Source of the DNA: Tubiluchus corallicola
Taxonomy: Eukaryota; Animalia; Priapulida
Assembly (NCBI GenBank): GCA_030141605.1
Contig: JAQGDQ010002369.1
Span: 434,001-498,000, forward strand
DNA: 64,000 bases
Reading direction: 5' to 3'
A model generated the notes under the pieces. The model made no database searches. It saw only the letters and a program-made list of their open reading frames with translations, and was not told the DNA's origin. Shown one piece after another: positions 51,830 through 63,114 of the stretch (position 1 is its first letter; each line of letters opens with the position of its first letter). Position numbers and translations under genes: made by a program.

Positions 51830-52828
51830 ATGAGACCTGGGAAGATCATTATTTATGGCGCTTGTTCCTTATTCGCTTTGATCGCATTAACTGCGATTTT
51901 TAAAGGAGGAGACTCCGGTGCAAAAGAAGAGAAAGCTTCTACGGTCCAGGAAATTGTACTGGAACAGAAAGCTTCTCCCAAAGAGGAAATCAAGGCCGCT
52001 CCTGCACCTGTAAAAGAAATCGCAAAAGAAACCCCGAAGGAAGAAAATCTTCCGGAAGCTGACCGTATAGCACATCTGTTTGCTTCCGATTCTTCCCGTC
52101 TTCCTATTGTTGAGACGATTTCCTATACGTCACGAGTACCCTGGCTGAAAGGAAGACCGGCATGGATTGCGGATTACGCCTCTCATTACTCTACATCGAG
52201 GCATTTCATCGCTCGAAGTCTGAATCGGGCCCAAGATTATTTTACACAGAAAGTTTCTCCTGGCGATCGATTCAATGTTTTTCGGACTGACAAGGATATT
52301 GAATTTTATCTCGCGATCGACATTTCCCGATGTAAGATGTGGTTTTATTATATCGATAAAGAGAACAACGACCGAGTATTATTGAAGACCTATGATGTAG
52401 GAGTAGGAAGGAAAGAATCGAGTCGGGCATCCGGTTATCTGACTCCGGTTGGAAAATATTCAGTAGGAAGCAAAGTAGCGATTTATAAACCGAATACGAT
52501 GGGCTATTTCCTGGATCAGAAAACTGAAATGATTACTGTCTTTGGAACAAGATGGATCCCATTTGAAGAAGAGATCGAAGGTTGTTCGGAAAGTGCAAAA
52601 GGATTAGGCATTCACGGTACTCCCTGGGTCAAAAATGCAAAAGGGGAATATATTGAAGATGTGGGCAAAATCAAGCAGTACGACAGCGATGGCTGCATAC
52701 GACTTTCAACAGCTGATATTGAAGAGCTCTTCTCTATCATCATTACAAAGCCGACGACAGTAGAATTAGTGCATGATTTCCACAACGCCCATCTTCCAGG
52801 AAAAGAAGTAGAAGGAGGGCATCTGTGA
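51830..52828 (+). CDS. L,D-transpeptidase (YkuD) family protein with N-terminal anchor
   Basis: YDVGVG, TPVGKY, FGTRWI, GIHGT...SDGCIRL. Confidence 0.88.
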   Translation: MRPGKIIIYGACSLFALIALTAIFKGGDSGAKEEKASTVQEIVLEQKASPKEEIKAAPAPVKEIAKETPKEENLPEADRIAHLFASDSSRLPIVETISYTSRVPWLKGRPAWIADYASHYSTSRHFIARSLNRAQDYFTQKVSPGDRFNVFRTDKDIEFYLAIDISRCKMWFYYIDKENNDRVLLKTYDVGVGRKESSRASGYLTPVGKYSVGSKVAIYKPNTMGYFLDQKTEMITVFGTRWIPFEEEIEGCSESAKGLGIHGTPWVKNAKGEYIEDVGKIKQYDSDGCIRLSTADIEELFSIIITKPTTVELVHDFHNAHLPGKEVEGGHL

Positions 52829-53835
52829 GCTTGCTTCCACACGAAAAACAAATTTCTGAATATGAAAAGACGATCACTCAAGTAAAAGAACAGAATCTGG
52901 ACAACCCTATTTGGTCCAAAAAGGAACTGGTCCAGCTTGAAAAGAAACTGGACAAACTGAAAAAGAAAGTCTATTCGGAGTTGTCTCCCTGGGACCGTGT
53001 GGCTATCTCCCGTCATCCTCAACGCCCCCATGGACTGGATTATATTGAAAACCTCTGCAATGAATTCGAAGAGATTTTTGGGGACCGTTCTTTTAGGGAC
53101 GATCCTTCGATCGTATGCGCTCTTGCAAAGATCGGCGGAAAAAAGTTTGTCTTGATCGCTCAGGAAAAAGGGAAAGATACGGAAAGCCGGCTCCATCGCA
53201 ATTTTGGAATGCCCCATCCTGAGGGATATCGAAAAGCTTTGCGCGCCATGCAGCTTGCTGAAAAGTTTCAGATTCCCGTTGTTACTTTCTTGGATACTCC
53301 CGGTGCCTATCCTGGTCTGACTGCTGAAGAACGGGGACAAGGTTGGGCGATTGCGAAGAATCTCTTTGAAATGGCCAAACTGAACACTCCCATTATCACA
53401 CTGCTGATTGGAGAGGGTTGTTCCGGAGGCGCTTTGGGAATCGGTGTTGGTGATGTAATCGGCATGCTTCAGCATTCCTATTATTCTGTTATCTCTCCCG
53501 AAGGCTGTGCTTCGATTCTTTGGAAAGACGCCAAGAAAAACAGTGAGGCCGCATCACGTCTAAAAATGCACACGGAAGATCTCTTGAAACTTGAAATCAT
53601 TGATGAAGTCATCGAAGAGCCTCTTGGCGGAGCGCATTATGATCCGAGTACCGTCTATCAAAATGTTAAGGAATTCATCCTTCGTTGGGCGGACAAACTT
53701 CAAGAATTACCCTCCGATCAACTCTTGAATCAGAGGTATGAGAAGTTTCGAAAAATGGGGCGCTTTGAAAAAACATCGGTTCCTAGTATAATGGACCCTG
53801 ATGAAACTACTCTTAAAAGCTGCGATCCAGAATAG
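52825..53835 (+). CDS. accA: Acetyl-CoA carboxylase carboxyltransferase alpha
   Basis: [52 protein letters not shown]. Confidence 0.98.
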   Translation: MSLLPHEKQISEYEKTITQVKEQNLDNPIWSKKELVQLEKKLDKLKKKVYSELSPWDRVAISRHPQRPHGLDYIENLCNEFEEIFGDRSFRDDPSIVCALAKIGGKKFVLIAQEKGKDTESRLHRNFGMPHPEGYRKALRAMQLAEKFQIPVVTFLDTPGAYPGLTAEERGQGWAIAKNLFEMAKLNTPIITLLIGEGCSGGALGIGVGDVIGMLQHSYYSVISPEGCASILWKDAKKNSEAASRLKMHTEDLLKLEIIDEVIEEPLGGAHYDPSTVYQNVKEFILRWADKLQELPSDQLLNQRYEKFRKMGRFEKTSVPSIMDPDETTLKSCDPE

Positions 53836-55708
53836 CAGACATCTTACTCTTGCGATTTGCACATTTTTAACTCTTCTTGCACTCACTGTTGCCAATCAGA
53901 TGGAAATGTGCTCCATAGGTCTTATGGCAAACACCGGGGCTGATTTCTTTTCACTTTTCGGGAGTAAAAAGTCGGAGACTGTTTCTCTTGAGGACGTACA
54001 GAAGAAGTGGAGTCTGATCGATCTAAAGGGTGAAGGGAAGATCTCCAAGAAGGATGCTTCTCAATATATGGCGAGAAAAAAAGACGCCAATCCTTTGAGC
54101 ATGGTCCTTCACAAACTTACTTCACGCTTTGATCTTGATAAAAATTTCAGGGCTCTTATTTTTATTTTAGTCTGTGTGGCGATTTTTAAAGCGATCAGTT
54201 TATTCCTGTCCCGATATACGACGCAGGTTCTCTCCATTCGTCTATCGCGAGACTTAAGACAGCAATATTTTGAGCACATTCAATCTTTGCCTCTGAGTTT
54301 TTATCAGGAACATAACTTGGGTTCGTTGACTTCGAGGGCTGTCGGAGATGCTGGACAAATTTCCTCTTCATTGAATTCAATGCTGACGAATTTTTTGCAG
54401 ACGCCCTTTACCATTGTGACAACCCTATTCATGTGCTTCTATCTTTCCTGGCAGCTTTCTCTTGTGATCTTCATCGGACTTCCTTTGATCATATTTCCTA
54501 TCGTCTTTCTTACCCGCCGTGTGAAGCGTGTAACAAGGCAGTTATTGAAAAATCAGGAGACATTCACATCAGTCTTGCTGGACTATCTTGCAGGTATTCA
54601 GACGGTAAAGATCTTTGCCATGGAAAAGTTTTCTCTTCGTAAATACAAAGAGCAGAACGACCGTATGGCCCAGTTAGAAAGCAAGAGTGCGAAGTACAGC
54701 TTGCTGACACGGCCTGTCCTTCATACGATCACGACAACCTGCCTTGCCATTGTTGTTTTATTCGGTCTCTATACATTGCATATGACTGTTGGTCAGTTGC
54801 TTGTTTTTTGCGGGCTGTTGCATTTGTTCTACGAGCCGGTAAAACGGTTTGCTGAAGAGAACTCCAATATTCAAAAGGGTGTTGTAGCAGCGGAAAGGAT
54901 GTTTGAAGTTCTTCACTTGAAATCAACCGTTGCCGACAGGGACGGAGCTCTTCCCTTGACTTCTTTTCAAAACAAAATTGAGTTCGATCGAGTCTGGTTT
55001 AAATACAATCATGAATGGGTGATCAAAGATTTGAGCTTCACTGTTGAAAAGGGACAAACAGTTGCGATTGTCGGACCGACGGGTGCAGGAAAGTCTACGA
55101 TTGTAGGTCTGCTTCCTCGGCTTTACGATGTTCAAAAAGGGGAGATTCGGATCGATGGAGTACCGATTGCACACTTGAAACAAAAATCTCTAAGAGACGG
55201 GATTGCGTTCGTTCCCCAGAAGCCGTTTCTCTTTTTCGATACTGTTGCTGAAAACGTAGCTTTTGGACGTGAATACTCATTGGAAGAAGTCGAAGCGGCT
55301 GCTAGACAGGCTCATGCTCATGAGTTCATCATCAATTTGCCCGATCAATACCATTCTTTGCTTGCGGAAACAGGGAAAAATCTATCTGGAGGCCAGCAAC
55401 AAAGATTGGCTATTGCGAGAGCTTTAGTGAAAAAAGCTCCGATCCTCGTTATGGATGAAGCAACCTCTTCTTTGGATGCAATCAGTGAAGACAAAATCAA
55501 AACAGCGATCTGCGATCTTCACGGTAGGGTCACGCAAATTCTTATTGCCCACCGTCTTTCTACGATTGAACATGCAGATAAAATTATTTATCTCGACCGC
55601 GGAGAAAAAGTAGCAGAGGGTACTAAAGAGGAACTTTTGGAGGATTGTCTTGCTTTCCGTCTGATGTGGGAAACATTTCATCGCACAAAAACTTCTAAGA
55701 CTTCATGA
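53801..55708 (+). CDS. msbA: MsbA-like lipid ABC exporter
   Basis: TMD + [27 protein letters not shown]; follows accA as in chlamydiae. Confidence 0.9.
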   Translation: MKLLLKAAIQNSRHLTLAICTFLTLLALTVANQMEMCSIGLMANTGADFFSLFGSKKSETVSLEDVQKKWSLIDLKGEGKISKKDASQYMARKKDANPLSMVLHKLTSRFDLDKNFRALIFILVCVAIFKAISLFLSRYTTQVLSIRLSRDLRQQYFEHIQSLPLSFYQEHNLGSLTSRAVGDAGQISSSLNSMLTNFLQTPFTIVTTLFMCFYLSWQLSLVIFIGLPLIIFPIVFLTRRVKRVTRQLLKNQETFTSVLLDYLAGIQTVKIFAMEKFSLRKYKEQNDRMAQLESKSAKYSLLTRPVLHTITTTCLAIVVLFGLYTLHMTVGQLLVFCGLLHLFYEPVKRFAEENSNIQKGVVAAERMFEVLHLKSTVADRDGALPLTSFQNKIEFDRVWFKYNHEWVIKDLSFTVEKGQTVAIVGPTGAGKSTIVGLLPRLYDVQKGEIRIDGVPIAHLKQKSLRDGIAFVPQKPFLFFDTVAENVAFGREYSLEEVEAAARQAHAHEFIINLPDQYHSLLAETGKNLSGGQQQRLAIARALVKKAPILVMDEATSSLDAISEDKIKTAICDLHGRVTQILIAHRLSTIEHADKIIYLDRGEKVAEGTKEELLEDCLAFRLMWETFHRTKTSKTS

Positions 55709-55839
55709 ACCTATTGAAATGGTTCTCTTTTTATACCGATTCTTGAATCAAGATTGGTATACATTTCGAAATATTTTATTTGACTTAAGAATTATTCATA
55801 CTATTATACGCCCAAGAGCATCCTGTAAGAACGTTTTTC

Positions 55840-57618
55840 ATGTCACAAAGTCTTTTTCATGATGAGCTTCTAAAGTTCTTTGAAAACCAAATCGATAGTA
55901 TTGAAGGACTTGATGAAGTAGAAACTCGAAAGTACAAAGAACAACTCAAAGTTCTTGCTGAAAATTCGAATTCAGTTGATTCGATAAGAGAATGGCTGAA
56001 GCAGCTTCCGTATAAAATCAATTGGGAAAAAAAGATCCTGGAATGGCTTCCGCATAAAGAAGCCCAAAGTATGGAACTCCCATCTCATTTGTTCCCCAAA
56101 ATGAATCGGGGACTTCCGAGACAAGATTCCCATTATATTCCTTCTTTCACTAAGTTGCATTCGATCAAAAGATGCTATCTTGATAAATCCCTATATTCTC
56201 TTTACAGGGATTGCGAAGTTTTTCCTTCGAGGATTGTTGTCCTAACCCATGTCCTAAATGATGGACTGGGAGATTTTGCTGCAGGTTATAAAGCTGCCAG
56301 CTTGCTTACTGCTTCTCTTCCCAATACGGAAATTCATTTTGTCGCATTGATGGACGAGAAAGTAGAGATAGATGCTCCTGAAGATATTTCTTTTTATCGA
56401 GTCGATTATCAGAGAAGCGACGAAGTCTCTCTTTCCCAATTTCCATCTTCGATCCGGGAACTGATTTCGAATTGTGATCTTCTCTTTGAGATACCGACTT
56501 ACTTCAGTGAGACTCCAGAGCTCCTGGAAGAGGCAAAACTTCCTCCCCGCTATCTTCTCATGGGGGAGTACGGCTCGGTTTATTATCATTTGTTCCATCC
56601 GGAAACAGGAGCCAAGGCTATGGGGCTTCATTTCCTGGAAAAGGGAATTTTTATCAATGATTCACCCACACTCCGAACGTTTGATGAAATTCTCCATTTG
56701 ACAAATCCTAGTTTACTGAACGTTCTTTTCTCAAACGCCGATCCTGATGAGGATGAGATCCAGGAGTATCAGGCAGCTTATCGGTTCTACTTTGCCTATC
56801 TAGCTTCGAAAGAAGGATATTTTGTCTATCTCCATACACTGACAAAACTGTTGGAAGATGATGAAAAAAATATCGATCTCTGCGTGCCGAATATGGTCCA
56901 ATTTCTGGAACTTTTTGGCGAAATGAAATCCTATGCCCATTTTACAAAATCTGGAATCGGGAAAGTTCAGTTCCAATTTGATGAAAAGTTCTCTGAGCTT
57001 GTCCTAAAAAAAGGGAAGGGAAAAACCTTGCGCATCATTCATCTGGGAAATCTTCCTTCGTCAGATTTCCAGATTCTATTGCGGCTTAGTTCAGAAATCA
57101 CAGCCTGCAGAGGGGATCAGTCATTCAGCGAATGTATCTCGGCTAATAAGGTCTTTTTCTATAACCTGATCGAGCACCATCGGACCCTATGGGAAGATTT
57201 TATCAGTTTGGCGGCTAACCGTATTCCTCACTTCCCTACAGCAATCGAATATTTTCGCCTTTTTCTCGTCCCTCTAGAAGAAAAGTCTACTACTGTATTG
57301 AAAAAAACCGCGATCCGTATGGGAGAACTGCTTCAAAATGTTGAGACAGTCAGAGGGATCAGGTTGCTTTATCGGATTATTCGATCTGAGTATGCGGTGA
57401 ATGACTTTATCGTCGATATGGTCAAGCGTTCTCTTCTCTTCACTGTCGAACCTGAACTCGAAGAAAAAGAGAAGCAGATCGTAGATGCCTACCTGGAAGG
57501 CGATCTCTCTTTCTCAGTGTTTTGGGACCGGATGCTTATGCTTCTAAGTCCTTACAAATCAAAGACTCCTTCTATCAAAGAACACCTCTTGCGCCTCTAC
57601 AAGCGTCTTACAAATTGA
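55840..57618 (+). CDS. Hypothetical protein, probable GT-B glycosyltransferase fold
   Basis: THVLNDGLGDFAA and ACRGDQSFSECISANKVFFY resemble the EarP-type motifs DN.GD and RGEDSF. Confidence 0.6.
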   Translation: MSQSLFHDELLKFFENQIDSIEGLDEVETRKYKEQLKVLAENSNSVDSIREWLKQLPYKINWEKKILEWLPHKEAQSMELPSHLFPKMNRGLPRQDSHYIPSFTKLHSIKRCYLDKSLYSLYRDCEVFPSRIVVLTHVLNDGLGDFAAGYKAASLLTASLPNTEIHFVALMDEKVEIDAPEDISFYRVDYQRSDEVSLSQFPSSIRELISNCDLLFEIPTYFSETPELLEEAKLPPRYLLMGEYGSVYYHLFHPETGAKAMGLHFLEKGIFINDSPTLRTFDEILHLTNPSLLNVLFSNADPDEDEIQEYQAAYRFYFAYLASKEGYFVYLHTLTKLLEDDEKNIDLCVPNMVQFLELFGEMKSYAHFTKSGIGKVQFQFDEKFSELVLKKGKGKTLRIIHLGNLPSSDFQILLRLSSEITACRGDQSFSECISANKVFFYNLIEHHRTLWEDFISLAANRIPHFPTAIEYFRLFLVPLEEKSTTVLKKTAIRMGELLQNVETVRGIRLLYRIIRSEYAVNDFIVDMVKRSLLFTVEPELEEKEKQIVDAYLEGDLSFSVFWDRMLMLLSPYKSKTPSIKEHLLRLYKRLTN

Positions 57619-57668
57619 GTTGTTCCTTTTTTTTTGAATATGTATAATGAAGATAGGGGGAGGTACCT

Positions 57669-57962
57669 ATGGTAGAAGCGAATCGTACTGAGGTTTTTAA
57701 GCTCTCACAAGAGTTGGGTCAACTTTTGGAACAGATAAAAGATTTTTCTGAATCTCCTAAAGACCTTCTGGCAGGGCAGATTAAAGGACGTTTGGAGAAA
57801 ATGAATGAGATAGCCCATCAAATTGGTGGAAAGGTGAAAGACGAAACAAACGACCTCATCATCGATGTAAATCTCTATCTGGCAAACCCTAGTGATTTAG
57901 GACTTTCTCCTAAGATTTTTCAGGATACTCAAGCTTTGAAGAAAGAACTGCGGACGATATGA
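57669..57962 (+). CDS. Hypothetical helical protein
   Basis: GGGAGG RBS; 97 aa. Confidence 0.65.
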   Translation: MVEANRTEVFKLSQELGQLLEQIKDFSESPKDLLAGQIKGRLEKMNEIAHQIGGKVKDETNDLIIDVNLYLANPSDLGLSPKIFQDTQALKKELRTI

Positions 57963-58691
57963 AGATTCCCACTCTACTTTGGGTAGGTTGTGCTCCTCCT
58001 GGGCGATCGTATCATAAAATTCCATCCGCTTCGGATGGTCGTCATCGGTGAGGTTGAAAATCCCCTCCAGTCGATGATTGAGGGCATAGATGACTGCTCC
58101 TACGATGTCTTCCTTATGGACCATGTTTGTATAATTCTGTCCTTTCCCTGGAAGTTTTCTTCCTTCTATATCCTTGAAGCGGGATAAAAGGTCTCTTCCG
58201 GGGCCATAGATTTCAGAGAGCCTGAAAATACAGACATTCCATCCGAATTCTTTCAAAGAGAGCAAGGTTTTCTCTGTATCGATGAGGATCTGCCCTTCTT
58301 CTGATCTGTTGAGGAGCTCGCTCTGTTCATCGACCCATCTTCCATGATGATCGCCGTAGACCGACGAAGAGCTGGTGTAAATTAGAGTCTTGGGAGAATG
58401 ACTGGCAGTCGCTGCATGTCTTATTGACTGGGCAGTTGTCAGATAGGCTTCCTCATACTGATCAGGACTGTCTGCAGCAACAGTGAGGATGAGCACATCA
58501 TTTTCCTGAATCAACAGCTCGATTTTATTCTCATCCTTTCCGTGAAGAATAAGGCTTTTGTGAGAGATGTCTTTCAGCTGGTCCAGTCTCTTGGTGCTAC
58601 GGGTCGTGGTGGTGACGTGGTGTCCCAGCTTGGAAAAATGCTCAGCAATCGAAGAGCCGATATAACCACATCCAATGATCGCAATATTCAT
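57897..58691 (-). CDS. NAD-dependent epimerase/atypical SDR; 3' end possibly truncated
   Basis: GCGYIG, YTSSSSVYG, RLSEIYGPGR, N.VH.EDI; last ~20 codons overlap the convergent gene. Confidence 0.85.
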   Translation of the reverse strand: MNIAIIGCGYIGSSIAEHFSKLGHHVTTTTRSTKRLDQLKDISHKSLILHGKDENKIELLIQENDVLILTVAADSPDQYEEAYLTTAQSIRHAATASHSPKTLIYTSSSSVYGDHHGRWVDEQSELLNRSEEGQILIDTEKTLLSLKEFGWNVCIFRLSEIYGPGRDLLSRFKDIEGRKLPGKGQNYTNMVHKEDIVGAVIYALNHRLEGIFNLTDDDHPKRMEFYDTIAQEEHNLPKVEWESSYRPQFFLQSLSILKNLRRKS

Positions 58692-59386
58692 GATGGCAAC
58701 AGTCCTAATTGTTCTAAGCTTTCTTTTAGAGGAATATTATTATCCTTGTCCAATGCCCCTTCTTTGTAGAGCCATGCGATATAATTTTTGGGGACATCGG
58801 TGAGAAGTTTGCCCTGGTGTTTTCCAAAAGGCATTCGATCTACCTTGTCCTTCTTGCTCATAAGAGCCAGGACCTCTTCGAGGGGAAGATCGTCGATCAG
58901 GTTGTCGAAAACCTTATAGAGAACGATCACATCATCGAAGGCCCTGTGGGCCTGATTGGCCTCAATGCCGAAAACCTCTCTAAGAAATTGCAGACTGTGC
59001 CGGGGAAGGTCCGTACGATATTTTCTTGCCCATTTTAAGGAATCTACGTATCGCCACTCGGGTACTTCAAGATCGGCCCGTTGAAATTCAGCTTCCAGAA
59101 AGGGACGGTCGAACGCGTCATTATTGTGTGCGATTAGAACGGTCTCTCCTTCGCAGAATTCGATGAACTTAGCTCCAACTTCTTTGAAAGAAGGAGCTTC
59201 CCGGACCATTTCATCACTGATGTTATGGATGCGCTGTGCTTCGATCGGGATTGGAATGCCTGGATTGATTAATTCATTGAAAGATCGATCCTGAACTGGA
59301 TCAAAAGCTGCGATTTCTATGATTTTATCAAACTGGGCTTTCACCCCTGTTGTTTCCGTATCGTAGTAAATAGGTCTATAAGCCAT
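58688..59386 (-). CDS. dnaQ: DnaQ-like DEDDh 3'-5' exonuclease with C-terminal MPFGKH domain
   Basis: DTETTG, AHN..FD, HRAFDD, MPFGKHQGK. Confidence 0.88.
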   Translation of the reverse strand: MAYRPIYYDTETTGVKAQFDKIIEIAAFDPVQDRSFNELINPGIPIPIEAQRIHNISDEMVREAPSFKEVGAKFIEFCEGETVLIAHNNDAFDRPFLEAEFQRADLEVPEWRYVDSLKWARKYRTDLPRHSLQFLREVFGIEANQAHRAFDDVIVLYKVFDNLIDDLPLEEVLALMSKKDKVDRMPFGKHQGKLLTDVPKNYIAWLYKEGALDKDNNIPLKESLEQLGLLPS

Positions 59387-59571
59387 GTGCAATCCTTGAA
59401 AGAACTCTGAGATAAAAGGACACTCAATCAAACCGCAACTTTTAATTTTTATCAATGAAATCATGAGATGATCTTTTGCTTCTCATTTTGGAGGGAATGA
59501 TGTATAGTTTCCTTTTCGAAAAGCCTTGTCTGTATCGTGCAGGCAGGGTCCAAATTCTCTGAGGGTGCATC

Positions 59572-59754
59572 ATGAAGATGGTAGGAAAACTTTTGATATG
59601 TTGTTCAATTTTCTTTCTCTCTGGCTGCTTTCAAGCCTATAGCGACGGAGAAGATGAACTTTGTACAATTCCTACGACCAATAACCCACAAGTTGTCCCA
59701 AGTCACGGCTCTTCAATGATGCCTGGAATGGGCGGCGGCGGGATGCCCCATTAG
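59572..59754 (+). CDS. Small lipoprotein
   Basis: FFLSGC lipobox; PTTNNP motif; G/M-rich tail. Confidence 0.7.
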   Translation: MKMVGKLLICCSIFFLSGCFQAYSDGEDELCTIPTTNNPQVVPSHGSSMMPGMGGGGMPH

Positions 59755-59798
59755 TTGCTTTTTTTTAGTGCATACCATTAAATGAATAGAAAGGAAGA

Positions 59799-60827
59799 GT
59801 GGTCATGAAGAGGGGGGACAGGCCGGAATATCATTATTTTCCATTTGATAGGAATAAGATCATAGAAGAGCTCGGAGAGGAGTCTCTTCTTGAGCAGTTG
59901 GGGAAAATGCTCCTGATCCGGAATTTTGAAACTCGGGCGGAAGCTGCCTATCAGCAGGGAAAAGTAGGGGGATTTTTTCATTCTTATGCTGGACAGGAAG
60001 CTGTTCAGACCTCCTGCCTTCTGGCCTTCGGAAAAAATCACTGGTATACCACGACTTACCGTTGCCATGCTTTAGCGCTATTGTTGGGACCAACCCCCAA
60101 TGAGGTGATGGCTGAGCTGTACGGAAAAGAGACTGGGAATGCCAAAGGACGCGGGGGATCGATGCATCTCTATGCTCCTCGTCTGTTAGGCGGGTTTGGT
60201 ATTGTCGGAGGACATCTTCCTGTGGCAACCGGAGCCGGTTTCTCAATCAAATATAAAAAGAAAAAAAATGAAGTTTCCCTTTGTTTTTTAGGGGATGGTG
60301 CTGTGGTCCAGGGAGCTGTCCATGAAGCTTTGAACCTGGCTTCTTTGTGGAGCCTTCCCTGTCTCTATGTTATTGAGAACAACCATTGGGGCATGGGAAC
60401 TTCCGTAAATCGGGCTGTGTGTGTTCAGCCGATTGCTGAAAAAAAGGCGCCCGGATACGATATGAAGTCCTATACCTTCGATGGCATGGATTTTTTCAGC
60501 TGTTATGCTGGATTTAAGCATGTGTATCAGGAAATTCTACAGGACCAAAGGCCAGTCCTGGTCGAAGTCATTACGGAACGATTCAAGGGGCATTCTATTT
60601 CTGATCCCGGACTTTATCGGTCCAAAGATGAATTGCACGAGGTTATGCGGAAAGATCCGATCGTTCACTTGAAAGAGACACTGATCGAAAAAGGGATGCT
60701 GAATGAAGAAACGTTTAAAGCCATCGATAAAGAAAAAAAAGAAATTGTACTTGAAGCGATGAAATTTGCAGAAGATAGTCCTTTCCCAGATCCCATTCAA
60801 CTGGAAGAAGGAGTAATGGCTCCATGA
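59799..60827 (+). CDS. pdhA: Pyruvate dehydrogenase E1 alpha
   Basis: GGFFHSYAGQEA, KGRGGSMH, GDGA, RFKGHSISDP. Confidence 0.98.
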   Translation: MVMKRGDRPEYHYFPFDRNKIIEELGEESLLEQLGKMLLIRNFETRAEAAYQQGKVGGFFHSYAGQEAVQTSCLLAFGKNHWYTTTYRCHALALLLGPTPNEVMAELYGKETGNAKGRGGSMHLYAPRLLGGFGIVGGHLPVATGAGFSIKYKKKKNEVSLCFLGDGAVVQGAVHEALNLASLWSLPCLYVIENNHWGMGTSVNRAVCVQPIAEKKAPGYDMKSYTFDGMDFFSCYAGFKHVYQEILQDQRPVLVEVITERFKGHSISDPGLYRSKDELHEVMRKDPIVHLKETLIEKGMLNEETFKAIDKEKKEIVLEAMKFAEDSPFPDPIQLEEGVMAP

Positions 60828-61804
60828 AAATGCAAGAAGTTGAATTCCGGGAAGCCCTAAGACAAGCCATGGATGAAGAAATGGAAAAAGATCCCAATAT
60901 CTTCATCATGGGCGAAGAGGTTGCTGAATACAATGGAGCCTATAAAGTCACCAAAGGGATGCTGGACAAGTGGGGTCCAGATCGGATCATCGATACACCT
61001 ATCTCAGAAAATGGATTCACCGGTTTGGGAATTGGAGCTGCCATGACAGGTCTGAGGCCTATCATCGAATTCATGAGCTGGAATTTCTCATTTGTGGCAG
61101 CCGACCAATTGATGTCCAACGCTTGTAAGCAATACTACATGTCAGGCGGGCTGTTTCATGTGCCGATCGTTTTCAGAGGCCCGAATGGAGCTGCAGCCCA
61201 AGTTTCCAGCCAGCACTCGCATAATGTTGAAGCAATTTATGGAAATCTTCCCGGATGGATCATTATCTCTCCTTCGAACCCCTATGATGCCAAAGGTCTG
61301 TTGAAATCTGCGATCCGTGATAACAATCCTGTACTCTTCTTGGAAAATGAACTTCTTTATGGGGACAAGATGGAGATCCCTGAAAACGAGTACCTCGTTG
61401 AGATCGGGAAGGCCAAAGTCCTCAAACCAGGTACAGACATCACCTTGATCTCCTATAGCCGCATGATTCATTTCTGCAAGGAAGCCGTAGCCGAACTGAC
61501 CAAAAAAGGAATCGATGTAGAGCTGATCGATTTGAGAACAGTTAAGCCGATGGATCTCGCGACGATAGCCGAGTCTGTTCGAAAAACACATTCTTGCGTT
61601 CTTGTGGAAGAGGGACATTACTTTGCAGGAATCTGCGCCGAGATGGCCTATCAGATTCAGGATCATTGTTTTGATTTTCTTGATGTCCCCATCAAGAGGG
61701 TTTGTCAAAGAGAAACTCCGCTTCCCTATTCCAAACCCCTGGAAGATGCAACAGTGCCGAACAAAAACAGAATTGTCCAGGCGATACAGGAGGTACTGTC
61801 CTAA
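60824..61804 (+). CDS. pdhB: Pyruvate dehydrogenase E1 beta
   Basis: GEEVAEYNGAYKVT, DTPISE, FRGPNG, QHS. Confidence 0.98.
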   Translation: MKMQEVEFREALRQAMDEEMEKDPNIFIMGEEVAEYNGAYKVTKGMLDKWGPDRIIDTPISENGFTGLGIGAAMTGLRPIIEFMSWNFSFVAADQLMSNACKQYYMSGGLFHVPIVFRGPNGAAAQVSSQHSHNVEAIYGNLPGWIIISPSNPYDAKGLLKSAIRDNNPVLFLENELLYGDKMEIPENEYLVEIGKAKVLKPGTDITLISYSRMIHFCKEAVAELTKKGIDVELIDLRTVKPMDLATIAESVRKTHSCVLVEEGHYFAGICAEMAYQIQDHCFDFLDVPIKRVCQRETPLPYSKPLEDATVPNKNRIVQAIQEVLS

Positions 61805-63102
61805 TGCCATTCACCGTTACCATGCCGAAACTCTCCCCGACTATGGAAGAAGGAACGATCGCCAAATGGCACAAGAAAGAAGGAGACCACGTCGATGCAG
61901 GCGAGCTCCTCATCGAAGTGGCTACTGACAAGGCAACGGTTGAATACAATGCTTTGGACGAAGGATATCTTCGTCAAATTCTTGTAGAAGATGGCCAAGT
62001 TGCAAAAGTCAATCAGGCGATTGGGGTCTTCACGGAAACCGTTGATGAAAGCATTGAAGGATATGTCCCTGAAGGAATATCTCTCGAAGAAAAAAAGGAA
62101 GAAGTCCCGGAAGAAGCCGAACCAACCGAAAAGAAGCTAGAGGCAACGGCGCCAGTAAAAGGGGCTGCTCTCGGCATGCCTGTCTTTATCCCTGAACCAC
62201 CTCTTGATGAATATGAATTTGAAATGCCAAGAGAAGGAGTTGTTGATCGTATATTGGCTTCTCCCTTGGCCAGGAAGCTTGCTAAAGAAAAAGGAATTGA
62301 CCTTGCTTCAATCAAGGGTTCCGGACCTGGTGGACGTATCATGAGCCGCGACCTTGATCTTGGTCTGCCAGCCGCTCCTGTGACTTTCGGAAGAAAAGAA
62401 GCCCCGAGCAAAGTTCCTGGATCATATGAAGAGGTTCCTCTCTCTCCGATGAGAAAGATCGTTGGACAGAGACTACAGGAATCGAAGACATTCATTCCCC
62501 ATTTCTACGTACATCAGGATGTGCATGCAGATTCTCTTTTCGATACCAGGGAACAGCTTAAGAGTTTCGGTTTGAAGGTCACCTACAATGATTTTGTCAT
62601 ACGGGCCTGTGCTCTTGCCTTGAAAGAACATCCCAATGTGAATTCCGGATTCAATTCCGTCAACCAGACCATCATCCGCTTCAAGACCATTGATATCTGT
62701 GTGGCTGTAACTGTAGAAGGAGGACTCATTACTCCGATTATCCGTCACACCGATTACAAAGACCTTGGCGAGATTTCAATACAGGCAAAAGAATTGGCCG
62801 GGCGTGCTAAAAAAGGAAAGTTGCAGCCTCACGAATACAAAGGTGGATCCTTTACGGTATCTAATCTCGGAATGTTCGGAGTGACCGACTTTGTGGCAGT
62901 GATCAACCCGCCTCAGTCTGCGATTTTAGCAGTCGGGGGAATTGATGACAAACCGGTCGTGAAAAACGGCCAGATTGTTCCTGGCAAAATCATGAAGATC
63001 ACCCTTTCCTGCGACCACCGCGTTGTTGATGGAGCACAAGCCGGACTCTTCATCAAGGCCGTTCAAAAGTATTTGGAAAATCCTTCTTTGCTGCTCATTT
63101 AG
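61804..63102 (+). CDS. pdhC: Pyruvate dehydrogenase E2 dihydrolipoamide acetyltransferase
   Basis: MPKLSPTM, TDKA lipoyl Lys, ASPLARKLA, DHRVVDG. Confidence 0.98.
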   Translation: MPFTVTMPKLSPTMEEGTIAKWHKKEGDHVDAGELLIEVATDKATVEYNALDEGYLRQILVEDGQVAKVNQAIGVFTETVDESIEGYVPEGISLEEKKEEVPEEAEPTEKKLEATAPVKGAALGMPVFIPEPPLDEYEFEMPREGVVDRILASPLARKLAKEKGIDLASIKGSGPGGRIMSRDLDLGLPAAPVTFGRKEAPSKVPGSYEEVPLSPMRKIVGQRLQESKTFIPHFYVHQDVHADSLFDTREQLKSFGLKVTYNDFVIRACALALKEHPNVNSGFNSVNQTIIRFKTIDICVAVTVEGGLITPIIRHTDYKDLGEISIQAKELAGRAKKGKLQPHEYKGGSFTVSNLGMFGVTDFVAVINPPQSAILAVGGIDDKPVVKNGQIVPGKIMKITLSCDHRVVDGAQAGLFIKAVQKYLENPSLLLI

Positions 63103-63114
63103 AAAGCAATGATC

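Noticed and set aside
52612-53475. 287-aa minus-strand ORF
   Set aside because: Antisense shadow of accA and the L,D-transpeptidase gene.
61142-62748. Minus-strand ORFs opposite pdhB/pdhC
   Set aside because: Antisense shadows with no independent signals.
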